From Octopus vulgaris (taxonomy: Eukaryota), in contig OX597814.1 of assembly GCA_951406725.2 (NCBI GenBank), positions 81,344,001 through 81,408,000 of the forward strand: a DNA stretch of 64,000 nucleotides, given 5' to 3'. This document shows, piece by piece, positions 52,902-64,000 of this stretch. The position numbers and the translations under genes are program-made. Numbering within the stretch: the first letter of the stretch is position 1; the number at the start of each line of letters is the position of its first letter. The notes beneath the pieces are model-generated. The model saw only the letters and a list, made by a program, of their open reading frames with translations, ran no database searches and was not told the DNA's origin.

Positions 52902-53335
52902 GGATCTTTTCGGTTTGAACGGCAGTTTTTAACATAATTCCTTGGTAACTAAAAAATTTTAAACTTCGTATTCTGGTAGAATGTGTTTATAAAACATCTT
53001 TTTCTCTTGGCTTTATTGAAAAAATTCTATAGTTTGTAAGATATTTATTGTTGTTTTTCTTCAATTTCTGCAATTTCAATCAATCAGTGACGTCTATTGA
53101 GTTAAAAAGCATTCTGTGCCGTATGAATATGTCCCTCGTTAAAGAAACAGATTGGGTTTATTTACATTTGTGAAGAAAAAAAAAGATACCCTAACCCTAA
53201 CCCTAATCCTAACCTTAATTAACCCTAATCCTAAAAGAGATTGAAATGCAATAGATCGATACTAGGGTCATAATTATGGGTGACAATTTCATATGATACC
53301 GCTAGAAAAAACTGCCGTTCAAACCGAAAAGATCC
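52902..53335. mobile_element. Merlin-like MITE with internal (CCCTAA)n
   Basis: TIR ggatcttttcggtttgaacggcagtttttt; perfect 8-bp TSD accagaag. Confidence 0.9.
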
Positions 53336-53893
53336 ACCAGAAGACAACATTATCAGGGCTTAAACTACATTGCATTTAACCAACACTCGCTAAAGTTTTG
53401 ATGTGTGTGTATGTATTGATGTGCGTGTATGTATTGGTGTGCGTGTATTTGTGTGTTTGCTGTGGTAAATGTTCACGTATGTGTAAGTATTTATGTCATT
53501 CTTTGTGTGTGTGTGTGTGTGTGCGTGCGTATGTGTGTGTGAGAGAAAGAGAAAGAGAGAGAGCGCGCTGTACCGTAGCAGCTAATTTCTTTGTTACAAT
53601 CTGAGTTATTTGCCTTATCTTTCCACATTTTTACTGGCTGCTATTAAATTTTTGATGCAAATTGCAAATATTGATGAAATATTTCCCCCTCAGAAAAGCT
53701 TTCCTCCAGGATATTTCAAACAGATATCTTTTAATCATTCGAACATCAGTTGTCAACACAGATATCACGATTCTCTGGAGCGAATTCTTGGAAATATGCC
53801 GAGAGCTTTTCGTATCATATAAAAGATGAATGAATAAGTTTGCGTTCCGAAATTTTGTCATCTCTCTTTTAAGAAATATACACACACACACCC

Positions 53894-53927
<34 letters not shown>

Positions 53928-54918
53928 TTACGTTTGTATGTTTGGTTTTTCTTTGAGATTTTATTTAAGTTCTTAAGAGAATTCAAGCAGGTCGCTAACA
54001 AAGCGACAACACTTTTAATTTAGGAGAATTCCCGATATTTTAAATATGTGGTTGAGTTTGGTGTGTTGGTTGAAGTGTCTATGAACTCACCCAAGTGTGT
54101 GCATTACCTCAGTCAGAAGGTTCAAAACTGTATCCGTTACACATGTTTCAGGAAGTAAGTTAGAAGAAGTCAATTAATATATAGATAGTTGAAGAAATTC
54201 CATATTCTGGACATACCGTTACAGATATTTTAGATATGATGTTATGATTAGGGGGAAAAAAAGACGTCGTGATTTTTTGTTTTATTCATATCTCTTTTTT
54301 TCAAGAATTACTTTTAGTTTATATATTGCTAAGCTTTGCAAAACATTTTTACAATGAGCATTCATTTGTGTATATGAGTATATTTATGTATGTGTGCGTG
54401 ATCGCGTGCGTATGTTTGTTTATGTGTGTGTATGTATTTTTACGTATCATTATGCCAGGTAAAACTGTTTTGGGTGTCGCACAATTTAGTTATTTTAATT
54501 TCGAAGGTGTTGGGGCTAGTAGAGCGTTGGAAAAGGATTTGTTGATCGTAGACCCACTTCCATGACCATCTACCATATTGGTATCAAACGTTACCTGAGA
54601 TTTAATGTAATCAAATGTAATTCAAATGGCCCCGAACATTGAAGATACGAAAGATAAACAAAGACGTTTGAGTTCCGAAAACGTGCCCATTATTACGTCA
54701 TAATAACTTTACAAAATATTTAGTTATCAACAAAAGACATATTGAAGTAAAAAGAAAAAACAAACTACCAGTACATATAGAAATTCTACATCCCATATTT
54801 GTGGCAAAATAGCTTTAATTCAATTCTTGCAGTCTTGAAATATGAATACTGTCCCACATATCAAACTCAGTAATATAATAGGTAACAAAGAATTTACATT
54901 GCATGTAATAGGCAAAAC

Positions 54919-55347
54919 GGATCTTTTCGGTTTGAACGGCAGTTTTTTAAATAATTTCCACGTAACTAAATACTTTTAAACTTCGTATACTGGTAGAATG
55001 TGTTTATAAAACATCTTTTTCTCTTGGCTTTATTGAGAAAATTCTATAGTTTGTAAGATATTTGTTGGGGTTTTTTTTCTTCAGGTTCTGCAATTTCAAC
55101 CAATCACTGACGTCTGTTGAGGTAAAAAAAACATTCAGTGCCATATGAATATGTCCCCCGTTTAAGAAACAGATTGGGTTTATTTACATTTGTGAAGAAA
55201 AAAAGATACCCTTCCCCCCACCCCTAACCCTAACTAACCCTAACCCGAAAACAGATTGAAATGCAATAGATCGATACTAGGGTCATAATTATGGGTGACA
55301 ATTTCATATAACACCGCTAGAAAAACTGCCGTTCAAACCGAAGATCC
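54919..55347. mobile_element. Second copy of the same Merlin-like MITE
   Basis: Perfect 8-bp TSD ggcaaaac; colinear with 52902-53335. Confidence 0.9.
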
Positions 55348-55429
55348 GGCAAAACTCTGTATCCAGGATATACCGTCACACGCTTTTATAAAGGAAATTA
55401 CGAAGATATTACGAATAAATAAATAGTTT

Positions 55430-55660
55430 ATATTTCTCTGTTAAGGAAACGTACGAATATTCGTTTTCCCTGTAAAATTTTAATAAGTTATTTTCTTTAC
55501 AATACTACTTAAGCTGATATATGGTCAGTCTTACGTTGAGGATCCATCAAACGTAAAGATTTTTGATGGACAAAGACAATTTATTATAACAAGAGCATTA
55601 TTGTAGATGCATCCAGTTACAAAAATATCTTATTGTGTTTTCTGCATACAATGTTTTATA
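55430..55660 (+). mobile_element. Helitron 3' remnant copy
   Basis: YGQSYVE/DPSNVKIFDG. Confidence 0.5.
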
Positions 55661-55664
55661 TACT

Positions 55665-55810
55665 TTTTTTTACTTGTTTCAGTCATTTGAAAGAGAAATA
55701 GTACTTATTCTATTGGTATCTTTTGCCGAACACCTAAGTTACGAGGGCGTAAACATACCAACACACCGCATGCCAAGCGGTGGTGGGGGACAGACGTAAA
55801 GACATACACA
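55665..55810 (-). mobile_element. Family B SINE tail
   Basis: Family B motifs. Confidence 0.7.
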
Positions 55811-55847
55811 CACATGTATACATATATATTATATATATGCGTGTATG

Positions 55848-55891
<44 letters not shown>

Positions 55892-55985
55892 ATCCAAATA
55901 AGAAAGCACAAAAAAACACACCAACGCGAGGACGTGGAACAAATATAGTATTATTGGACGCTCAGGAAAGAAGGAAAGAAGGAGG

Positions 55986-56020
55986 GTTTAACGTTTCGAG
56001 CGGAGCTCTTCGTCGGAAAC
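55986..56020 (-). ncRNA. Hammerhead-like motif (variant core) in a (TA)n-adjacent Penelope-like module (55886-56100)
   Basis: Minus strand: gttt CCGACGA a gagc-tcc-gctc GAAA cg TT aaac. Confidence 0.45.
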
Positions 56021-56134
56021 ATAGGAGAAGGAAAGATCCAGAGAAGGGAAGACAGAGGGAAAAAAATCGCCAACGGTACACATGCGGTCACATTTTGGAC
56101 GCAAACAGGAAACAGAGAACTTCAAATATGAGTA

Positions 56135-56706
56135 TGTAGGGAAGGATTCGTGACAGAATCTAAGTGAACTATACAAAAATAACTGACAACTTAAGCCCTA
56201 TTATACCTAAAGTAATAAACCTTTGGTAAATGTATTCTCGTCTCCACTAGTTTGTTTGTGTATAGGTTAACAAAGCAATATAACTGGTGACCCCGACGAT
56301 AGAATAACAGCTCCCGCTACCGAAACAAACATGGCTAGCAACAAAACACCACTGAGGCTACCACAGTTCTGGTCTAAGAGGACTGAGCTGTGGTTCGCGC
56401 AGGCAGACGCTCAATTCGATATAAACAAGATAACGGCCGCCCAAAGTACTCGCACGTTGTGGTGGCACAAGACGAAGACACGGCAACGAGGGTGCTGGAC
56501 ATTTTAACCCATCCTCCACCAACAGAAAAATAGGCCATATTGAAAGATAGACTAGTGGATACATTCCGACGCAGTGAAAGAGAAGCGACAGCCAGGATAC
56601 TGGGGGAAGAATTAGGCGATTCCAAGCCTTCAGAACTGATGGACAGGGTGTTGGCATTAGCCCCCCCCCCCCCGGTGAGTCACCTTCCTTTTTGTTTAAA
56701 GAAATA
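56135..56706 (+). mobile_element. Truncated CsRn1-like Gypsy 5' end: internally deleted LTR, tRNA-Trp PBS and gag fragment
   Basis: LTR 56135-56283; PBS TGGTGACCCCGACG at 56285; from 56331 MASNKTPLRLPQFWSKRTELWFAQADAQF...LGDSKPSELMDRVLAL. Confidence 0.85.
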
Positions 56707-57566
56707 AGTGTTGCTAAACGTTTGCTGTGGTGAATGTTTGCGTATGTGAAAGTATTTGTATCGTTCTATATACGTGTGTAAGCAAGCGCAACCAATCAAC
56801 TTCTTTGTTACTATTCGAGTTATTTCTTTTAGCTTTACTCATTCTTCCCGATTGCTATTAAATTTTTGATGTTAATTGCAAGTATAGACGAAACATTTCC
56901 CCTCAAGTAAAGACTTCAAACAGATATCTTTTAATCATTCGAACGAAAATTGATTTCCGTTGTCGTCACAGACGTCGTGATTCTCTGGAGCGAATTTCTG
57001 GAGATGTGTCGAGAGCTTTTCCTATCATATAAAAGATGACAAACATGTTTGGTTGCGAAAATGTGACAATTTATTACGTCATAATACAAACATTTCAAAA
57101 CCAACAAACCTTTGTATCTTCCTGCTTTAGGAAACATTTGACTAATTTGTATATTAAGATGTTAAAAAAGAAAAACCATTTGCTCACACGTGAAAACTCT
57201 ACCGCTCTTATTTATGATAAAGTGTTACTCATAAACATTAAGCCTGTTGATAATCATATCCTGTTATTTCGTGATTCTTTCATTCATTTCTTTCATTTCA
57301 TCGAGTTTAAACAGGTTAGTTTACCAAATCTGGTGACTTTGTCGTTTTGGCAGCAGTTTAAGACATCGCCGTGATATTGAAATCCACCACGATAAAGACA
57401 TGCTATATACATCACTCCAGGGCTAAATGGTATCTCGTGATTATTTACTTGCAATTCGGCATGCTCTTGTATGGTTACACGCCAGTTCTAAATATCCTTG
57501 TCCTATTCTCTTCATTCATATTTCTTCGCCAAACCTGAAATCTGTTCTTGGCACTCGTGTCTAATC

Positions 57567-58335
57567 TTTAGCAGAGAGACCAAACGGATAGTTTGGTAAC
57601 CCATTAAAATAAACATTAAAAATCGAAAGGAAAAAATAAACAGCTTTGCAAGTTTAACTCAGTGTTTATTGAACAAGAGAAGTGCGAAATTTAAGAAGCA
57701 ACTGGTTAGAATATACACGTCTGTGAGGAGACATAAACAAGAATAGCAAAAATCTACTATACCAAAAGAACTGCTAATACATACATTACAAGTGTTTTAT
57801 GAAGAGAACATAAGATTGCTGCTTAATTCAACATGAATGTGAAACGATATTAAACATCGTATAAGGTACGCGAAGGTTTCTTGGGAACGCTAAAAGTCAT
57901 ATTCACTTGAGTTTACATACGCGTGGATGAATTGTAATGTCGTTGTCGGCGTTAGATGCAGTAAGAGCTGGTAGCGGTGATGAATTTCATTGTGTCGTAA
58001 TGTGGAGAAAGCGAGCAATAACTTCCCGGTGGCAACACAAGTTAAACTCCCTAAGCAGAAAAAAAATTGATCTATTTAAGGAAATTGCTAGGTTCCACAG
58101 AAATATGAAAGGATTTTTCCGCCAATAGAACATGTGATCCATTTGAGCGCATCTCATTAGTTGACCGGGTAATTTGGCGTAATTGTTTAGGGGACAAATT
58201 GCACCTAAAAATTAACCAATCAGAGCAAATGGTTAAAACATGATCTTTATAGCTAAGTGTTCTCTGCTACGCCCAAACAACAACTATAAATAAAAGGGAG
58301 AGAGAATAGTTTGTCTGTGAATCCATTCTGCTACA
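57567..58335. mobile_element. Probable solo LTR (~770 bp) splitting a Helitron-remnant block
   Basis: Inverted termini t(t)tagcaga / tctgctaca; TSD aatc/agtc; the flanks rejoin into the block seen intact at ~41085-41140. Confidence 0.65.
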
Positions 58336-58573
58336 AGTCTATTCAGTAATGGTTTCTTTTGTAGCCATTTCTCTAATTTTGGGTCGTCCTAAATGGTCTT
58401 TCGTATAACCATCACCCAATACACAAGAAACCTAGACGACTCGGGCACTATCCACTTCAGATTCCTCTGTTCAAACATTTTATTACTGAACAGCTTGTCA
58501 TAAATGAAGAGCGGCGCAGCGGCAGCATTCTCTTACTGTTTAAAAAAAATTTTTTTATTATTTTTTACACAAA

Positions 58574-59176
<603 letters not shown>

Positions 59177-59324
59177 TACGAATAAATAATGTCATATGTT
59201 AAACATTTTATAGTGTGTGTATGTATTGATACATGCGTATTTGTGTGTTTGCTGCAATGAATATTCACTTATGTATGTGAGTTAATATACTTGTAGTTGT
59301 TTGTGGTACGTGTGATTGTGTGAG

Positions 59325-62173
59325 CGTTATGTATTCGTTTGGGTTGTGTTGGAACAATAAACAACTCATTGAAGGCGTTATTATGATTCTACGTGTTTAT
59401 TTACTTGGCATGTTTACAACTGTATATATATATATATATATATATATAGTGGAGTGATACACGTTGTGCGTATATCGCTTTATTCACAATTCATATTGTT
59501 TACTAGACACGCTTAACAAAATAGTACTAATAATGGGAATGTATTCATGTATACGTATACCTACGCATACACATAGATATGAACATATAACATCCCTTCT
59601 TCTTGAAAAAGGATCTTTTTGCAATAAAAAAAAATAGAAGTAATCTTCCTTACACTAATGGATTGTCAGCGCGAAGGTGACAATCCTGCAGCAGAAATCG
59701 TGAGATTATTCTACCCACGCACGTGGTTTTCTGCTTCCTAATCTAGCAGAACTAGTTATTATTTACTTTTTTTATTCTCCTTTAACGGTATCGAATCGGT
59801 GTTAAGATATTCGGTTTCCATCTGGTGGATCTTGTACTCTACACTGATGTCTGAGATGTGCGTAATGTTTATGTGTTGTTGGACAGCTGATGAGTAGTTG
59901 GTGCCCGTTGAGGCGATGATTCTGTGGAAGCATGGATTCCTTGTGTGCCGTCATCTGCTGTGGGTGTCGTAGTTCTTGTTGGTGTTGCACATGTTATCCT
60001 CGATAGCTTTGGTGTTGGGCGGATGTGGGCTCTGTTTCGTCTCAGCTGTCCACCAGATTCTGCCAAATGGTGTGTTGAAGGTAGTGAACATGGATGATTC
60101 TTTGTCTATCTTTACATTCCAGTACCCATTATTGGCATCCAGTTTGCTGAATATCTTAGATCCAGCTAATGATGGTGTGGTTTGTTCGAGGATTTGAATT
60201 GGATAGTAATCTCGTTTTAAAGCCTTGTTCAGATCCCTGGGGTCGAGGCATAATCATAGGGTGCCATTGGGTTTTTCTTTGATTACATTTGAATTCACCC
60301 AGTTAGTTGGTCGTGTCACTTTGGTGATTATTCGTTTGTTTTGTTTTTTTATCATTCTGTCCCAACTCTGCTTTCAGCTTCTCTCTTAATTCTAGTGGAG
60401 CGCGGCGAAGTGGGTGAACAATTGGTTTGACATTGGGGTCGACTGTCATATGGTATCGACATTTCTCAAAACACCTAGCTCTATATCCCAAACATTCTGA
60501 GTACATTCTCATCAGTTCATCATTATTTGTGATTGGTGGTCGGTCTTTGATAGGCATATCTCTGTCGATCCTGCTCAGAGCTGCCTTCACCTCACTGTTG
60601 ATTGCCACAATGTTGAGCTTTTGACAGGTATTAAGTCCGAGAATTGCGGGTCCTGTTCTTGTGACATAAAAAGAACACTTGATTTTTCTTCCTTTGTGTG
60701 TCCCTGTAATGGTTGTTTTGTCCAGTTGTGGAATCCTGGTACTTCCATATGCAGTTAGGATTACATCACTTGATGTGAGGATTCCTGCTTTGACTTTATC
60801 CTCTTGTGTCATGTGTTCTGGGAACATCTTTTTGTAGAGGTTGACAGGCAAGATATCACTTTGGGCTCCAGTGTCAATTTTTAGCTTTAAGTCAATGTTT
60901 ATTCGTTTCTTGCCTGACTTCTTTTGGATTTCTATTGTGTATGTCTTATTTTTTTTCTGGTTGTCATTTCCCATCTCATGTAATTTATTGTGCCGACTGC
61001 CAAGAATTCCTCTTCTGAGGTGTTTTCTTCCTGTTGTTGGGCATGTACATCTCTTTGTCTTCTCTTCCCGCACCTCTTTGAAAATTGGGGCTTGTGTTTG
61101 TGAGATTTGCAGTGTGTACCGAATGCAGGACATTTCCTCCAGTCATTGAACTCATGCACTGTACCGCAGTACTGGCATGTTCTCTGTTTGTGGGTATATT
61201 TCATCCTATGTCTAGATACAATATTTACACTGCTGCCTATTGTGTTTGTTTATAAAGTAAGTGAGGTCATTTGTTTGGTAGTGGCTTCGAATTCTCTTGC
61301 AGTGTCTCCTGCTTCTATCAACTGGAGGGCGTCCTTACCTATGAGGGATTTCTGGACTTCTTTATGAGCACACCCCCGTATGAGTTGATCAACAATCATT
61401 TCGTTCTTGTCTATGAATCTGCATTTCTGGGCAACATTCTTTAGTCTGGACAGGAAGTTTCCGATTGTTTCTTGTGGGTCTTGTTTCAGGCCCTGGAATT
61501 CGTACCTATGAATTCTATGGTTTGATTTGGATTCTAGGTGCCTTTCAAATTTTTCTAAAAGTGTGTCTGGATTACTGCAATCCGATTCTGACATGTCACA
61601 ACTATTGAATAGGTCTAAGCCCTTCTATCCCGTCCATAAAAGGATGTAGCTTACCTCTTCATCATCAGTTGTCCCTTTCAGGAAGCTTTTTAAAGCCAGT
61701 TGACTTTTCTGTTTGAATTTCTTGAACGCTTCCACGATATCATCGGCGTCCCATTTCATGGTTGGATGTAGATTCATCTGTACGGCGACGGGGACCCCCA
61801 TTTCAGATCCTCGTGTGTGTCCAAAGACGAAGCGATATTCAGTTTGTTAAATTTCAGACTTGTTGTGTTCCTGTTTTGTTGTAAAGGCACGGTTTTCGAT
61901 TAAGTATTTATCGCTGCCACCATGTTATATATTCGTTTGGGTTGTGTTTGAACACTAAACAACTCATTGAAGGCGTTGTTATGATTCTACGTGTTTATTT
62001 ACCTAGCATGTTTACAACTATATATATGTATAGCGGAGTGATACACGTTGTGCGTACATTGTTTTATTCACAGTTCATGTTTACTAGATGCGCTTAACAA
62101 AATAGTACTAATAATTGGGATGTATTCATGTATACGTATACCTACGCATACACATAGATATGAACATATAACA
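59325..62173 (-). mobile_element. Internally deleted Mag-clade Ty3/Gypsy element
   Basis: LTRs 59325-59592 and 61923-62173; 5-bp TSD GTGAG; PBS TGGTGGCAGCG (tRNA-Leu-like); PPT adjacent to 59593. Confidence 0.93.
59800..61801 (-). pseudogene. gag-protease-RT(N-terminal)//integrase C-terminal tail remnant
   Basis: CQYCGTVH..KCPAFG knuckles, KIDTGAQ protease, KLDANNGYW...TTFNTPFGR fused to ESGGQLRRNRAHIR. Confidence 0.88.
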
Positions 62174-63769
62174 GTGAGTTTGTGCATAGGAATACCATGT
62201 CATAGCAGCCAGCGACTTCTTTGTTCAATCTGAGTAACTTCCCTTAACTTTACGCATTTTTTTTAACAAACCCATATATAATTTTTGGTGTTAAGTGCAA
62301 GATTTCATTGAAGATATTTCAGATATATTTTAATCACTGAAAGAAAGGTCATGATCAGTTGCCGACCATAGTCGACACAGAGCCCATGATTATCCGGCAT
62401 GAATTTCTAGCTATGATATCTTGTCAGGAGACAAGTGTTGCATTATCAATTAGCACAGTTGCAGGCCAGTATAGTTGTTGTTGCTGTTGTTGAAATTTTC
62501 CTCATCTTTGACCCGATTGTAATTGAGATCGTCAATAAAATTTCTGGATAATTTTTGGTGTTTAACAATCGATATTCTTTTCTCTGTTGGATTCCAAGTC
62601 AATTTTTTCACACATTAATGTCTAATTTAATAATTTTCAATTTTTAAAACATGACGTCGAAACTAGGGCAAAGCCAGTAATAACTAATTTCAATAATTTA
62701 TTCTCTTTAACTACATGGCGCGTGAATGTATCTTGAAGAAAGCCACTCCAGCAATTCGTGAAGAAACTGTCGTGAATATTTTATTTTGAGTTTTTAGATA
62801 TTGACGGGTTGCGTTAATTTCATATTATGTGTCATTTTTCCATGATCCTCTTTCATCTGACTTAGGTGTCTTAAATTTTTGTTGCATTTCTGATCTTTCA
62901 GATGTCTAAGGATGTGTATGAGTTTTTTTCAAATGTAATTCTGGAGAATTGAAGAGGTATGTTCATCTTATCCTGTCTTACTCATTTTGCCCGGTTAAAA
63001 GAGAACGGGGATAATTTTCTGAAACTGTGTTCGGATTATGTTATAGTGTTTTTAATGTATTTAGAGACGTTCATTTGTTGAGCTGATATAGTTTTTGTGA
63101 AGTAGTGAACATTTGTGAAAAATATATAGACACAAACGAAATTTAGATGTTGCAGTGAAAGTAACAGTTTTAGTTGTTCTGGAATTGCTTACATGCTGCA
63201 AATTCTTTTAAATATTCAACTTTACCCTGCCCCTAATTACAAAATTTCCACTGTTTTTCATTTTTTTTTAATTCTTTATACGGGCAGTTCATGTTATTAA
63301 AATAAATTATCTTTAACATTCCTTTAAATTGTTACGAGAAAAAAATTTACTGATTGAGAATGACGTTACAGAAATAATTATAACCTGTGAGTTGTCCATT
63401 TCTTGTGTACAAACAATTTATATTATATTTGGTACAAAACTGGGTAAAATTTGAGAAGTACAGTCGCACGCGTTTCACTAAGAAAAAAAAAACCTCGGAT
63501 TTTTTGCGTGGAACCAAGTACCTTGATCTCCTAATGTGCCGCAAACCTCTTATTTTTGTTCGGAAAAAAGGATGGGTGAGAAACCGGACACCCCACCACC
63601 ACCACTACATCCCAGAATCATTGGAAACTTCTTTTTTTTTCGTTGAATGAATTATGCTACAAAACACTTTTTTGTCCGGAAAACGGGAGTTGGGGTGGAA
63701 TCCTCGGAAATTTCACCCTTCCCTTTGTATGTCCCCTCTATGTATCAACCCTTTGTGGTTAATAAAGAA

Positions 63770-64000
63770 CCAATACTAGAAACGTGTTCACACATGGTGA
63801 GCCGTAGGTTGCAATTCCATCACACATGAAAATCAATCCAGTGGTATCCCAGCTATTAAAATTTTAAATTCACTTAAGATATTGCCAACATTTCTTGCTC
63901 TGGTTCCTTGCATATAACGTTGATAGGTATTTTGATTTATTCAATTTTTTTTTATTGTTTCATTATTGTTTATATTTCGTATACTTTACTCTTTGTTGAA
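63770..64000 (+). mobile_element. Helitron 3' remnant copy running off the end of the window
   Basis: NVFTHGEP*VA; the downstream blocks match the other copies. Confidence 0.5.

Noticed and set aside
63280-63740. Possible MITE ending tgtatgtcccct
   Set aside because: A matching left TIR and TSD could not be identified

Overview
AT-rich, microsatellite-dense eukaryotic genomic DNA with no recognisable host protein-coding gene. The SINE families and (TA)n/(TG)n density look like an octopus/coleoid cephalopod genome (inference). The window has two halves. 1-~26.5 kb looks CpG-depleted by eye, like a methylated intron. It holds old SINEs, RTE, R4/Dong and Tc1/mariner fragments, plus Penelope-like pLTR modules embedded in (TA)n. 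Several of these modules carry minimal hammerhead-ribozyme motifs, including a U3-A8 covariant core present twice. ~27-64 kb retains CpG and is built on a degenerate, shuffled array of Helitron-derived blocks: helicase motif VI plus a 3' hairpin-CTAG on the + strand, and RepHel N-terminal/Zn-finger remnants on the - strand. This array has been invaded by a young, nearly intact CsRn1-like Ty3/Gypsy element (42446-48143, with a UUUAAAC -1 frameshift signal), an internally deleted Mag-like Gypsy element (59325-62173), further truncated LTR elements and solo LTRs, a full-length decayed mariner, and GG..CC-terminated MITEs with 8-9 bp TSDs, some carrying telomere-like repeats. Most short ORFs in the supplied track are microsatellite artefacts.
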